Below, one piece after another: positions 12,492 through 26,469 of a stretch of 64,000 bases of DNA (position 1 is the first letter of the stretch; every line of letters starts with the position of its first letter). A model generated the notes under the pieces. That model saw nothing but the letters and a program-made list of their open reading frames with translations. It was not told the DNA's origin and searched no databases. The stretch is from Squalus acanthias (lineage: Eukaryota). Location of the stretch: contig CM059435.1 in NCBI GenBank assembly GCA_030390025.1, forward strand, positions 106,020,001 to 106,084,000. Direction: 5' to 3'. A program made the translations under genes and the position numbers.

Positions 12492-14500
12492 ATATTTAAT
12501 TGTGAAAGATATCTTTTGATATCCGTTGATTAAATGCCTTAAGACATTTTACTGCGTTAAAGGCGCAAGTTGTTATTGTTTGTCTCTGGGGGAATGAACT
12601 GATGGACAGCTCCTTGCCCAGGGAGATAAATATATTGACCACTTTTGTTTTGCCATTTCTGCAGTTCTTGTTCTACAGCCCATGTAGAAGGAAGCCTGTG
12701 AAGACATAATCTCAAGTATAAATTTGGTGCTTCATAAACTGATCTAGGTTCATGGTCATTAAGATAGTTAGTAAAAAGTTTGTCTTTTTTCATTATTTGT
12801 GAACCAAGAAACTTCAAGCTAAAATGTTGTAATCTAGTGGAATCTGTTGATCTTTCACTATTATTTTTACTTTTAATAAACCAAATTCATAGACTACAGC
12901 CCCAGTCACACGGTCAGATAGTGATTATTCTTCCATCATCCAAACACAAAAGGGCTTATGATTTCCAGTAAGCAAATTACAGTAACAAGGGTGTTCCATT
13001 CAACCTTGGGCAATACTACAATATCAGATAGTATGTGCACGTAAGGTCACGCTTCAGTTCTTAGGAAGCAAGGGCTAACCGAGAGCAATGGCCCTCGACA
13101 CTAAGCCCGAGAGAAATATCTGACAAGAGCCTGAAAATTGTAGCATTGCCAACTACAAAAATGTAATCTGAAATTTAGCACCTCATGGAAAACATGAATG
13201 AGTCCATTGAGCCAGTGTGTGCACCCAAATGTGTCTATATCTGTGAATGTGTAGGCACATTTGGGTTTAAGCACTGCTATTACAGATTCGAGCACACTTT
13301 TTGCTCGAAAGCGTAGCAGCAACTTTCCACTAATTTTACATAAACTGTTTAAAACATGATTGCACAGCCTGCAAGACTGCACAGAATCTGGTTAGCCTGT
13401 GAAAACCTCACTCAAGCATTAGCAGTTGAGAGGTTCGTTAACGACTATTGCTGCATTTCTATATTAAAACTAACCAGAGAAAAGGTAGGATTGACGGATT
13501 GATTTTGAAAGATGAATGACATTTAAAAAATGAAAAGAAAAGCAAGCAGTGGGTGAAAAATTAGATGTAAAGTCAGATAATAAAAAGTGCTTCATACAAC
13601 AAGTAGCACAGCACATTGCTGTACCAATAAGTTGTAGGACAGGGTAGTAAAAGGCAGGTGCACTCCCCACACAGTGAGTTACATATTACTGGGAAGGCAA
13701 CAGATTCTAGAGGATTTAACAGTGCACACATACTAGTTTAAGCATCGGTGTAAAGCGGTTTCGACTTTATGTGGATGCTAAACTTGGAAGTATAAACTAG
13801 ACGTCGAGACCCAAGTGAGGCAGAGCGAGACTACCTCCACCAGGAGGTTCGCAATGTTCTTTGCTCCAGTGACACAATTACTCACTAAAAAAAAATCTAC
13901 AAGTATCTTAAAAAGTTATCCCAATACGTTATACTGACGTTCTACTTATTTAATATTTCACTTAAAGTACTCTACATTCCCACAGGCCCCATTATTTTAA
14001 ATGGCCAAATAATGATTTGGCGCAGGCTTCACACAGAACATTCCAGATGCTACAATTCAGTCAAGCAATAACACCAACATAAAAATTCAACAATTACTGT
14101 AGCCCACATATGTTCATAACCCAATGACAACCGCAATGTTCAAAACAGCATTGATACTTCACACAATCTCAAACATCTCTGCCCCAATACTAAGAGATGA
14201 AGCACAAAACATTGCAAACAGTACTGTAGTTAACCATTATTTTGTTCAAATATGAAGTCGATATTTTATCCACCAACAAATACCTAGGCCCAGCAACAGC
14301 TATGCTTCAGTACTGTTAGACAAAGAACTAGTCAATAGAACATACTGATCACCTGTTACTGGGGCAGACTGCAGCTGGCTACAAGAAGCGATTTAGTCTG
14401 TATTGCATGACTATCAAAGGCGTGGAGGGAGACAGGTCTCACTACAATGTAACATTCACAAGATCATCGCCTCTTCCCTACCTCCTGAAAAAAATGGTTA

Positions 14501-14710
14501 GTGGGTACGGTAGCATAGTGGTTATGTTACTATGGACTAGTAATCCAGAGACCTAGATTAATAATCTGGAGACGCGAGTTCAAATCCCACCACAGGCAGC
14601 TGGGGAATTTAAATTCAATCGGCGCGGACACGATGGGCCGAAGGGCCTCTTTCTGTGCTGTATAACTCTGACTCGAGGTGGTTGCATCAGGGTAGTTAAA
14701 TTAAATAATT
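14501..14710 (+). mobile_element. tRNA-derived SINE head interrupted by a CR1-type 3' tail
   Basis: GTGGGTACGGTAGCATAGTGG...GAGTTCAAATCCC matches the element at 51453. CR1 tail GATGGGCCGAAGGGCCT lies at ~14620-14672. Confidence 0.7.
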
Positions 14711-17700
14711 CTCAAACAGAAACTAATGGAATGGGAACTCTGCTCTACACCCTATTAAATGCATGTATTTTTGTAGCTGTGTTCAGTTTTGGTCACCAAA
14801 TCATAAGAAGTGCAAAGGGTGCAGAAAAGTGCAACATGTTTGAGCCAAGTGGAGGGGAGAGAAATAAGCTATTAGGAAATTAGAAACCCACATTAAAATA
14901 ATACCATTAGATTTCCATTTTTAGCCTTTCCTTCTACAATGCAATTTGTAACGGAGCAGAAGCAGCACCGTACATCTAGAAACTGCCAATAGCATACAGC
15001 TGTTCCTAGGGTGGCTGCTTAAGCTGCAGTTTCACTTCACATGGTGTAGCATGGCAGCGTAAAAAAAAAACATAGAAACTATGATATTCTTTTGTACTAT
15101 TCAGTTAAATCACAGTAGAACTACTTGTTAGATCATGTGATCACATGCCCCTTGGCAACATCGTCCGAAGACATGGGGTCAGGTTCCACATGTTTTGCTT
15201 TTTAATGCAAGTAAAAGAAAAATTGTAAAGGAAAAAAAATGGAGGATGTTTACTTAAAAGAAAAAGCAGTTTCTCTTAGTAAGGAAATTGCCACATACCA
15301 CAACATTTTTTTCAACAGCAATTATAACTACTCTGACAATTTGCATATTTAAAATACAAAACAGATTACTGTACTAGATGGCCTGTATGGCCCTATCCAT
15401 CCTTATTTAATAGGATTTACTCGGGTTAGTTAGCATGCAGGTAGGTGCTAGGTTTTAAATTGATGCAGCAGAATACCTTAATATTACAGGTTTGCAGAAA
15501 CTGCTATGAATGCAAAGTCGCTCATAACTGATAATGGCAGTCACTTATGCAGTGAAAAAAAATACTCAGCCCAGAGGCAGGAAAAAACCACAAGTGAGCA
15601 AGTATAAGGCATTCTTCACTGCCTATTTTCACTGTTCCTGTTCAGGGAAAGCAACCTCCATGCACCAGCCTCTAGCTTTTAACTTATCAATTGGGGGCAT
15701 GCTGGCATGCAGAGACCCAAGTGTAACTAGTGTGAAAATGCAGGAGACCACCTCCCACATTTACTTTACAGAAAATGGTGGCATTAACCCAACTTGGTGG
15801 GTAGGTTGAGTCATTTATACAATGAGGTACAGCCTGAAGAGAGAAATAAATAGGGACATCTAACATCATGTAACCTCCTGCAATGTAAAAGAAACTATAA
15901 TGTGGTTTAGTAGCGGGGGCACAAAAAAAAGGTTTGCACTCTACGGCTTTGAATGCTGTTGACTGGTTATATTCCCTATTCACTGGAGTTCACCATATCA
16001 GCAGAGTAAAAATACAAAGTTAGGAAGTTTTTGTAAAGTATGATAATATTTTAATAATGGTATATCCAGGACTCAAAATAAGTGTGATTGGATTAGTAGC
16101 ACACCTGGGCTAATTATAAACCTGACAAGACGATGGACATTAAAATGAGTATTTCTTTTAAAACTATTACATTTTGGTCAGATGTTGCAGCTTGGAGATC
16201 ACGTCAGCAATTCAAATTTAAAAACAAATAATTGTTTTGCAGAAGAAAGCGCTATGAAAAATCACTGTCTAGGATTGGGAGGTTAAGAGAGAGAGAATTT
16301 ACAAGCGCTTTATGAAATATTAAGAAATTAGGAGGCTTCTCCACACAATTTCCAAAATTCATCTAACCTAGCTGAATTATTTTCTCTGTCAGTCCAATAA
16401 AATAGTATGCATTAATTAGTTGGGGAGAAGATTTTTATTTAGAAATGAAAGAGCGCTATAAAAACGGTTGAGTTACTGGTCTAGAATTGCCACAGGTAAA
16501 ACAAAATCCAGGTCCCAATTTCCAAGTCATTGGTTCAGAGACTGCAATCCCAAGAAAGGTGGTATTCAACACTTTTCACCCAGAGAGTAGACCAGACCTA
16601 TAACAAGAAGTCTGCCAATGTTACTTAGCAACAAATGTCCAAGAACTGCGCCAGAGTAACCTGGATTGATTCACCTTCCCATTTTCCTTTTTTGTGGGGG
16701 AACTCACCTCACCGCAAATAAAGGACCGTAGTGAAAAAATTAGTTTGGGCAGTCTCGATCCAGTTCTCTTCTGATTCTAAAGCATGAAACAGACCATTCA
16801 GCATTTAATGTTGGTAAGGTGGCAGGCCCCTTTCAGACAGGCCTTAAGCAGAGCCACTGGAAAACTAACAGATTGTGGCAAAAATTGCAGAGATTTTCCC
16901 TAATTTCTTGGGAGAAATTACAGGTTTTTCCATATTTCACAGATGCATCCTTCTTTTCTAACTTATGTACCCCATCCATACACGCTGACACTCTCCACTT
17001 ACCACAGTAAATACTAACACTCTTTTCCGATTCTCTCCCTCCTGTTTGCTTCTAGCTCCAACTGATGCAGGAATTCCTGATCTGTCAAAGCTATTGCAAG
17101 ATCACTACATGCTTTGGGCAGAAGTTTCTGATCAGGTAGGAACTAGGAAAATCAGGGATTACACAACAACTTTTTCTGGGGCAGGGGCAAGTCTTAAGGG
17201 TTTTATCACTGGCCCTCACCTTAGCAGTGCTTTATGAAATAAAGGATGGTAATTGTAAGTTAGGCAACTATTACATTGATGCAACAAGGGATGCTCTTCT
17301 GAAACTGGGTAAAGGCACGTTGTTGGGATAGGGCAGAGAAAATTACTTTACATCTAACCCTTACTATGCTTGACCTAGAAGTGCTTGCTCCTAACACCAA
17401 GTGGAAAATATACCAGCATCAGCATCCCTCACCCTGATGATTATAAATTTACAAACATTTTAAAAATGTGTTGCATTCATTACTGCACACACAATTTACA
17501 TTGCACTCGCTACACATTCTCCTTTCCATATTGTGAATATTCTGTACCAAACACACCTACATACAACACTTGTTGAAAGAAGTTTGTTATGTTTTGAAAA
17601 ATTCAACACATTAGTTTATGAAATGGGCAAAATCCCTTCTTCGAACCCAAATACAATTCTCCCAAATTGGAGGGGGGGGGTAACAGTGAGTGCCTACAAT

Positions 17701-18030
17701 TTGATTTCAATCAGTATCAGGACCATTTCTGAGCTTTACAACTTTTATGAAAATATTGATTAAAAAATATTACAAGTTAACTTCACCTACCTGAATCCTA
17801 TATATTTTGCAATACCCTCAAAACACTTTTGTCAAAAAGGGCACTCAGAATTGAATGCTCATAATTAATACAGAGCTATAGACGCATGTGCATCGTAGAG
17901 AACTACAACAGTTGATAATGTACTAGCAAACTGTCCATGGCGATGCCCAATGTCAGTTGATGAATACAAAGTTATTTTTATATTGTTTGCGAAGCTCTAC
18001 GGTCTGCATCTAAGTGTCCCACAAAGACAA

Positions 18031-18199
18031 GGTCCTAAAATTTGTCTCGGGCGGTGGCAGGTCGGTTGCCCGTTATGCGCAGCACCCGATATTCAGTTCC
18101 ATTGCGGTCAATGCAACGGACTATCAGGCGCTGTGTATAACGAGCGGCCGACCCAATATCGCCCGTTTTGCGCCACCGGCCGAGACGAATTTCTAGGCC
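18031..18199. mobile_element. GC-rich palindromic MITE (Harbinger-like ends)
   Basis: Imperfect 20-bp TIRs GGTCCTAAAATTTGTCTCGG / CCGAGACGAATTTCTAGGCC, and an internal fold-back centred on CATTG-CGGT-CAATG. Confidence 0.75.
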
Positions 18200-20635
18200 A
18201 GGAAGATCTAGGCCAGGAAATTTAAACACTAAACAAGCAGAGAGAGCATCAGTTCTGCATTCATACAATCCTTAACTTTTCTGAAAACAAATAAAAAATA
18301 AAACGGCTCCAATAACGAGACTATCGCTGATTATGAATGCAACTTATGATTTCTTTTATAGAAACTACAAAAGAACTTTCATTTTGTAATACAAGAGAGA
18401 ATGTGCTGCAGTTTCTTAGTATTTTAAACACCTAACCTATAGAAACCACCCAGTGTATTAGTGCACTGTGCCATTATTTAAGTGTAATCAGCCTCTGCTG
18501 CCTTTCACCTCTACCCCAATAGCAAGCTGCTGTTTTTGGTGGAACCAACAGATCTATGTGGATGTTAGGGCCAAGGCACGAGGATAAAAACGTACAATTA
18601 AATGCGATGTTAGCAGCGAGTTGTCAAACTAATAGCATTTTGACATCACTTAGGGAGGGAGCCTACACCACCCAGCCTAACTCCACAAGTAAAGATTGAC
18701 TGACTACAGAGGGAAGGATAAACAACTGAAAACGTGCAACAAAAAAAAACATTTTTACCTAATGTCGGCAACAAGCATGCTCATATCAGATGTTGCATGG
18801 GTCAGATGAAATATTAAGATCCTCTTCTATACTGACCCCAAAACAGTCCAGAAAAGTATCCCCCACTAATGTTCCAGCATGACATTTATGCTGAACTAAT
18901 CTGCCATCACATGTCTACTGCAAATTAATGTCAGGTGATTCATCTTCTGCAAAGCATAGATCATTCCATGTGCATAGATACACACATACAGCACTGTACA
19001 TAGTGCACATACCTGTTCCCTGTTTCAGGGAAAACTTAAGTGTTGTGTGTATACATATCTACCCGACAGCACAGTTGCCAGTTGTCTAAAGCCTCAATTC
19101 TAGTCATCTCAAGTCCAGGTGTTACACTGGAACCCATGTTCATGAATCACTGACATATTGCTACACAAGTGTATATGCAAACAGACCACATTGAAATTCG
19201 GTGGCTCTATTTTTTGGTTTGCATGTCGCACTTTACATTATGGACATAATTTCCATATTATACAAAAAGGGCTTTATAATGCGAGACCATTCAGCTAGTG
19301 GACAATTCAGTTAACTCATCAGGTTGGGTCAGAACCAAGATCCCAGAGATGAAAGGACAGTCCTATTACACCATCTAAAATCTTAGCGAAACAAGGTCGC
19401 CACGCACCATTTATAAACACTGAGAAATGGTGTATTAATCACTTTGATCTCAACAGAAATGAAGCAAACGAATTTGTAGAACACAGCATCCCTTTATGTG
19501 TTAATAGAAATGCCTATAACTTGCTTCTCAATTTCGTGGCACAGCACAATATACTTGCAATTACAGCCCTGCTAATGAGTTGCAATAGATCAAACAAAAA
19601 TCTAAATGGTCAATTAATGCAAAATCTCATCAACCCAGTCACCACTCCAATCATCTGCGAAGTAGACTTAGGTGACAATTATATTTTAAAAATTGAATGT
19701 GCATTCAGGGTTTACTTAATGTGTAATTAATGCAAAAAGTACAATAATCCAAGCAATCTAGGAATGAATACTATTAGCACATTACAACAGAGCACACATT
19801 TAACCAGGAAACTGTACTTTTCATGTCATTTTAATGTTTAATATTCAGTTCTGATCAGAAAAAAACTCAACAGATTACTTGATTATGAAGTTTGTTAGGT
19901 GGTGTAATAGTAGTTTTAAATCTGCACAAGCCCAACATAGTCCAAACTGGTTATAGAGGCAGCATGCGTCAGGTAAAATATCTGTGACAAGTACTTGTGT
20001 TATTACTTCTGTAGGGGATTGTTTTTTTTTGGAAGTATTGCCGTTTAAAATATTCCGAAGAGTCCTATGTGTAAAAAGTGAACACACTGGAATGACATCA
20101 GCCTTTATAGTGGTTCCTACCCCATAACACTGGTACTGGGATCCTTTTTATCTATAATATTTTGTGCTAGCACCAGACCCTGCATATTCTACACAGACGT
20201 CAGATGGAAAAATAGATAATTAGGAGCAACCATGAATGCAACAAATACCATGGCCTAACCACATTTGAACATGTGAGCACTACACAAATTTAAAAAGGAG
20301 GCAGATTATACGAGAGGCTTTTCTGCCAAATACAGTTTCATACTTTACTGTAATGCACTTTTCCGATAAAATAAGTCACTACAATTCACCCACAATACTA
20401 GCCATTTTACTTTTCTTTCCCCTTTTAAAAAAAACCACAAACGTGGTTTAATAGTGCTTTCAGTATAACGTATATGTGCTATTTTTAGATGTGAATTTTC
20501 TACTAGTTCTAAACATTCCGTCACAATGCAAATTCAGTTCAATGCTCTGGTTACTGCTGTAAACCACAGTAACACATACCAGCCATGCTATTTTTCTTAA
20601 ACTAATAAATCAGTGTCTTAACAACTGGCGCTTAC

Positions 20636-20649
20636 CTATCCACTGAAGT
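20636..20649 (-). other. Candidate 14-nt microexon (ACTTCAGTGGATAG)
   Basis: Minus strand has a T-rich tract ending ttaccag, then ACTTCAGTGGATAG, then gtaagc. Strong acceptor and strong donor are 14 nt apart. Confidence 0.55.
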
Positions 20650-20749
20650 CTGGTAAAAAAAATGAAACATTTTTCAGTTACTGAGGTGGCATGAGGGTTT
20701 CAGGCACAAAGCCCATTTGCAAAAGTTAAAAAGATCATTAAGGATGGCT

Positions 20750-21155
20750 CATCATAGTTCATTCATCCAGAATCATCCTGAAGTCTCCTCCAACCCCACC
20801 CATTCCCCCATTGCAGCTTCCAATTGGTTCTTCATTGATTTCAGGGCTTTCACCACCTATACTACAACCAGGAGTCCAGTCAATGTGTTGATTGTCTACG
20901 TGTGAAGATATCCCGATATTGGTCCTAAATTTGCCTTTTACTAATTGTGGCACCTTGTCTTACACGCTCAATTTCATTTTATGTAAGTTTCCGGATTTAC
21001 CTTTTTGCATACCATTTGCTATTTTATATATTTCTATAAGATCACCTTTTCAGCCTTGAAGGGAGGTGTCTGTGAGACCAAATGTTTTCAGTCTTTACTC
21101 AAAGACTTCTATTACTAGGGATCAGTCTTGTGGCTCTTTTCTGCACACTCTCCCT
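20750..21155 (-). mobile_element. Old CR1 LINE 3' fragment
   Basis: Reverse strand has remnants like KGKFRTNIG and the GDLIE..K motif (TTCTATAAGATCACCT). Confidence 0.5.
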
Positions 21156-24100
21156 CTCAAGCAATGATTGTAGGCTGTAGTTGGACAGAAACAAGTGGTC
21201 CTTTTTATGCCCACAAAGATGATTTAAGTTTTATAGTAGCAAATATAGTACATTTTAAATTATGAAATCACAATCCAATTAAAAAATATAAATGTTTACA
21301 ACTGGGCATTTTGGAAAAAAGGGAACAGCTGGGTCACACAGCTTTAAAATCTAACAAACCATTAAGTGACATTCCAATAAACCACACTATATAGGGAAAT
21401 GAAAGGAGTTGGGGGGGGAGGAGAGAACACAGGTCGCACAGCTGGCTAGCATAATCTCATCTCTGGAATCAGAATTAAAATGTCGATAAGAAAAGTGAGA
21501 TAAAAGTCTGCTCTATCTTGACTGGCATTCAGGGTCCAACATGTAGTATCCTTGAGCAGCTTAAAGCAGTCACTAACCTTCTGTGCAGCTAGCCCATACT
21601 ATATCTAGCCTCTTGGTCTTGAGTGGCAAGAGTGCAAAAACATTTGAATTCTTCAGAACTGACATCCTTAATTTGAATGAACATTAATGATAAATCGCTT
21701 TTAAAAGAAATTAACTTAAAAAAGGATTTTTTTTTCAACTAGACACATATACTTCAAGGAGGTACAAATACAATGAGAAAGGGTTGCAAGTAGAAAGCTC
21801 ATGGAAACTGCCATGCAAATGTTTTCATGGCATCATTCCAATTTAGGCTTGGTGCATACATTCACATTCAATTCAGATTAACAGACTACTTAGTGGATTG
21901 CCTTGGTCCACGTTACATAAGAGTACCCAGGGTTGAATTATGGTTTGGCACCTGATATCCAACTACAGTACATTACACATAAAACAGTTAACCGCATCAT
22001 GCATGTCCACAGGGTGGAATATCACAGAGCTTGGTAAAAATCCACAGGATGCAAAGCAGGCTAATTGTGTCTTGGCAAACAGACGAATTCAACCAATCAA
22101 AAGTCATTAACCATGGAGAGAAAACAAAGAATTGCTCCATTCAATAAAAAAAAACAGCCAGTAACCAATCAAATTCCTGAAAATAGAAATCTATGTCCTT
22201 TGAGTGGCCATATTGGTCATTCAACAATCCCGTCTTCCAATACCTCCAACAACTTTTGCCTCCATAAACCACCCTTGGGGCCAGCCACCGGATTCATTTG
22301 TGTAGCTTGCATAATTCAGCGGGACCTTGGAATGTTGATTTTTTTTTTAGGTCCCTGCTTACAAACAATGTACAAAACAGACGAGATCTATTGCATATCA
22401 GATTCCTACACATGCACAACCTCGATGCCAGCCTTCTATATGAGCTCACTCTCATAATAAAACAAAATGTGAACTCTAAATTGAATTAGCAGATTCATCT
22501 ATATGCATTGATAAAATATATTGATATAATCACAAACACCAACCTCTAAAAGCAACAGGGTTATTGCTCGGAGTGGAAGCAGAAGCTGCTTTTCCACCTT
22601 TTACTTGTCATATGACATAATCAGCAAGATCGAACTAGAGATGGAGATTAATGAACAGAAAGAAAGCGAACTACAGGGAAGGGACCTTGCAGCACACTCG
22701 ACATAAAGAGTACTGCACTTTTGGGAGCTGGGCTGGGACAGAATAGGACTGGCCGGATTCACAGCTCTTCAAACTGAAGCGGTGCAGCAAGGCCTCCCTC
22801 ATGGGACCCACTAACTCAGTAAGTTACTGATTATCACAGTAACTAAACACCACAACTGCTTCTTAGTGTCCTCCTCCAGCCGCGAGTCTCAACCAATCGC
22901 CACCGTTACTAGCACTGCCACTCTGTCTCTACAGGTTATCACTTGTCAGTAACTCCTGCTGCCACTGTTCAATCTCTGGTTTCAGCCCTAAATTTCAGGC
23001 AGTTATTTTCACTTCTATTACCACTCTTTGGGCTCATGTCTTCTAACAGTTACTGGCACTACCGCTGTCCCAATGAGTTATCAACCATTAGTATCACCAC
23101 CACTGCTCACTCTCCGATCCCACTTCTTGTCATAGGCTTAAATACCATCACCTCATCTTCTGTGGGACCCAAATGAGCAGATCCTTTAATGGCCTACTGG
23201 TATACAGTACTTGGTTTATTTTGCTGTTGCTTAAACTGCCTATCCTAAAAACAAATTACCATTTGCTAGAAGCTGATTAGCAAAAAGGAAAGGCAGAACA
23301 AAAGTCCATACATCAAAGTATCGTAGCCCAAAATCTTTATTGGCCTCGAGCACTGTGTGTCAAATATACACATTTTCCATCAATCTTTTGATCTTCTGAG
23401 TGAGACAAAACTTGCACAGTTTCATGTATTACAGTAGCTCTCAAGGCCTCTCCTTTCCCAGGTGGATCCTTATCTCTCTCCCCATAGCCCCTGTACACAC
23501 TTGGGACATGGTGACTGCCATTTTACTGCACGGTCTGAGCTTTTAAGGTCATAAATATAAAAAATTAACAAAATCAGTAAAGAAACATTTCCGACAGGCA
23601 TACAGAAAAGACAAAGGAGTGACTTAAGGCATTTTAGATGACCTTTTTTCACTTTAGTCCAAGAAAAAAAAAACTAATTCAGTGTACAACTCTCTCTTGC
23701 AGCTTTATTCCCATCTCCATATAGGTCCATTGGGCACTGGCTTCACTATTTATGGATATAATAGAAAATTAAACAAATGCTATAGAACACAGCATTGTGC
23801 AAGTGAACCTGATGAATAATTTGTGTGCTGCTTCTGTGAACTAGAAACTAATGTCCTGCAATACTGTGTCTGCAGCCGTTTCATTCATCTCCAACAGCTG
23901 CTAATCTGGGCAGAAACGAAGTGTGGGAAAAATACATTTGCCTTGGTCAGAGAAGATGTAGTCCAGTAAGCCCCAGGCTGGTCACTTCATCAGATATGAC
24001 ATAGCCCAGAAAGCGCCAGTGTATGTGAAATTCATTTAGCGTGGAAAGCAGTCTGATAATTAGACATGTTTTCTGCCATGCTGACAAGATTATGCTGAAC

Positions 24101-24742
24101 TGGCCCCAACCATAAGCATGCTCACATCACAATGCTGTTGTGCGTCATGAAGCAAACTCACAGATGCACTGTACCAGCTCAGGGTGTTAAGCAGATCAGC
24201 ACAAGAGGTTGTTCCAACTGTAGATCAGGGGGTCTCTTGCTGTCAGAAGAAAGTAGGTTAGATGTTTTACATTTGCAAGTGGAGCCAGTGGTGAAAGAGC
24301 CATGTGTTTGCCGTCTGCTGCATGTTGTAATGTAAAAATGCCTTTACATAAAGAAGTAAACAGAAAGAGTGACAAAAGGAGTCGTAGGCAGAGAGCTTGC
24401 CAAAGCCAGAAAGACACAGCGGAGTGGAAGGCCAACAGTGAACTAGAGTGCGAGACATAAACAGAGAAGCAACAGCAAGAGAGACCCCAAATATTTTTTC
24501 TGCCCAGGACCAACAGTAGCAGAGATCAACTGGTTGAATATGCAAAATAGCACATACCAACAAGGGTTCTCTAAACTAATACTGGGATTAATTCACTTTA
24601 ATACACAACCCTGATTTTGGACAGCTTAGCAGGATCTGTACAGCCAGTAAAGAACCCCTTTTTCAACATGCATTGCAAATTTACCAATGTACCAGCATTT
24701 ATATTTGTTTTCTCTTTTTATCTGTACAGTAGACCAATTTAC

Positions 24743-24851
24743 CTGCAGGAGGACAACTGGTCTGAAGGGCTAGTGACTTCCACTAACACATGGTCAATGT
24801 ACTGAACGCCTACATGCGGGAAGCTTCATGCACAGTCTTGATTTAACAAAT
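24743..24851 (-). other. Candidate 109-nt exon (probably non-coding or cassette)
   Basis: gctgttcttttagtttttcag acceptor and CAG/gtaaat donor; no supporting coding signal. Confidence 0.25.
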
Positions 24852-26469
24852 CTGAAAAACTAAAAGAACAGCAATTGCATATTTTAATTGAGAGTATGTG
24901 TGAGGACCAGTGGCTTTGGTAGCTACTGTTCTACAGCCTTAATTCTGCACCTTGCTACTGTACATTGTACCCTGTGTATCGGCCATACCTTTGACCACAT
25001 GTGCAGCACCAAGTACACAGACTAACGACTTCTCTCCACAGGAGTCAGCAAGACATCAATTTATCTTCAAGCGTACCAATCACCTCATACCCACTTTGCC
25101 AAATTTAGTCCAATTATTGAGATTCCCAATAAAAACAGTGCATGCACACATGGACTGCTAAAAAACCAATTGAATTTATTACATCGGTAATCTTGTTTTT
25201 CCCATTACCTGAAGGCATCCCTCAAAACATGTTCTAATAATCTGAAGTTTGGTGGTATTCTAAGACTTACAGGTTAGAGCTTCAGTTACTTCCTTTCCCC
25301 TCAAACAATCTAGAGATGTAGCACAGCAATAATTTTAGAAAATATGTTGCTCAAAAATTTCCAGATTAACCAAAAATGTGTTTTATTTTGAAGGGAACGA
25401 ACTGGAACTACAATATCTATATTCTGGGATTAACTTGGACAAAACTAGTAATGCGCCCTGTTCTCCTCCTCCCCCACCACCCACCCCGCAAAAGACAAGA
25501 ACTTAAGCAATTAAGTGCAATATGATGCACGGTCTTATTCACCCTTTTTAGCTATTTCTCATTGTTCCAATTTAATTGGCATGTTCCAAAGTTAAACAGT
25601 ACCCCTGAAAAAAGCAGCAGCAGCATGCAAGACTTACAAGCCAGCTAAAATCAGTTATATAGATTAATATTGATTCTACAGGAAACCATATTCCTGTTCC
25701 AAACATCAACCTGAATTCCACCCTACCAACTCATTTCAGTCAGTAGTACCCCTTACTAACAAAGAAACTAAAAGACCAACATTGTTTTTAATATTTTTGT
25801 TTAAAAATTGAATGTTGATGACCACACAGAATTACCGAACCATAGTGTGCAAAAGAATTGCATTAGTATCACTGGTGATCATTTTGTTTCATCAACCTTA
25901 GCATAGAAACAATGTATGTTAAGTCAACTGCTTAACATTTGTACTGTGACTCTTTCCAAGTTTGTCTACAATTAAGCAACAAATACAGAAATAATGTTCT
26001 GGCCTTATATTTTAAACTAACTAGTTATTATTACTGGTGACAAAAAAATCCTGCCACAATTTCCAGAAAATTATGGTTAAATTTACTGGTCCCTCATTGG
26101 AGAAACCAGGTAGCACAATAGGCTTGCATATAGTCCTTTTCCCTTCTGAAACCTGGTTGAAATCCAGCTCAGATGAGCATGATGAAAGTCTCCTCTCTCT
26201 ATTGGCTGCAAGAATCCTCAGTGAAATGAGCCTGGGCATCTTCAACCCAGTTCTTTGTTGATGCAAGCCCACAGCATAAAGCTACCCATAATTCAACACA
26301 AATTGGCAGTCTCATTTCGAGAAACCACAAGGTTGCATGATGTAGGAAATGGAAAGTTTCATACTGGTGGGTGTGTTTTTAAGTTTGCATTTAAAACACA
26401 TTAATGGGGGACAGCCGCTGACTGTGCTAAACTGGGCCTGAGCACAATTGGCTATCCAAATTTAAAAGT

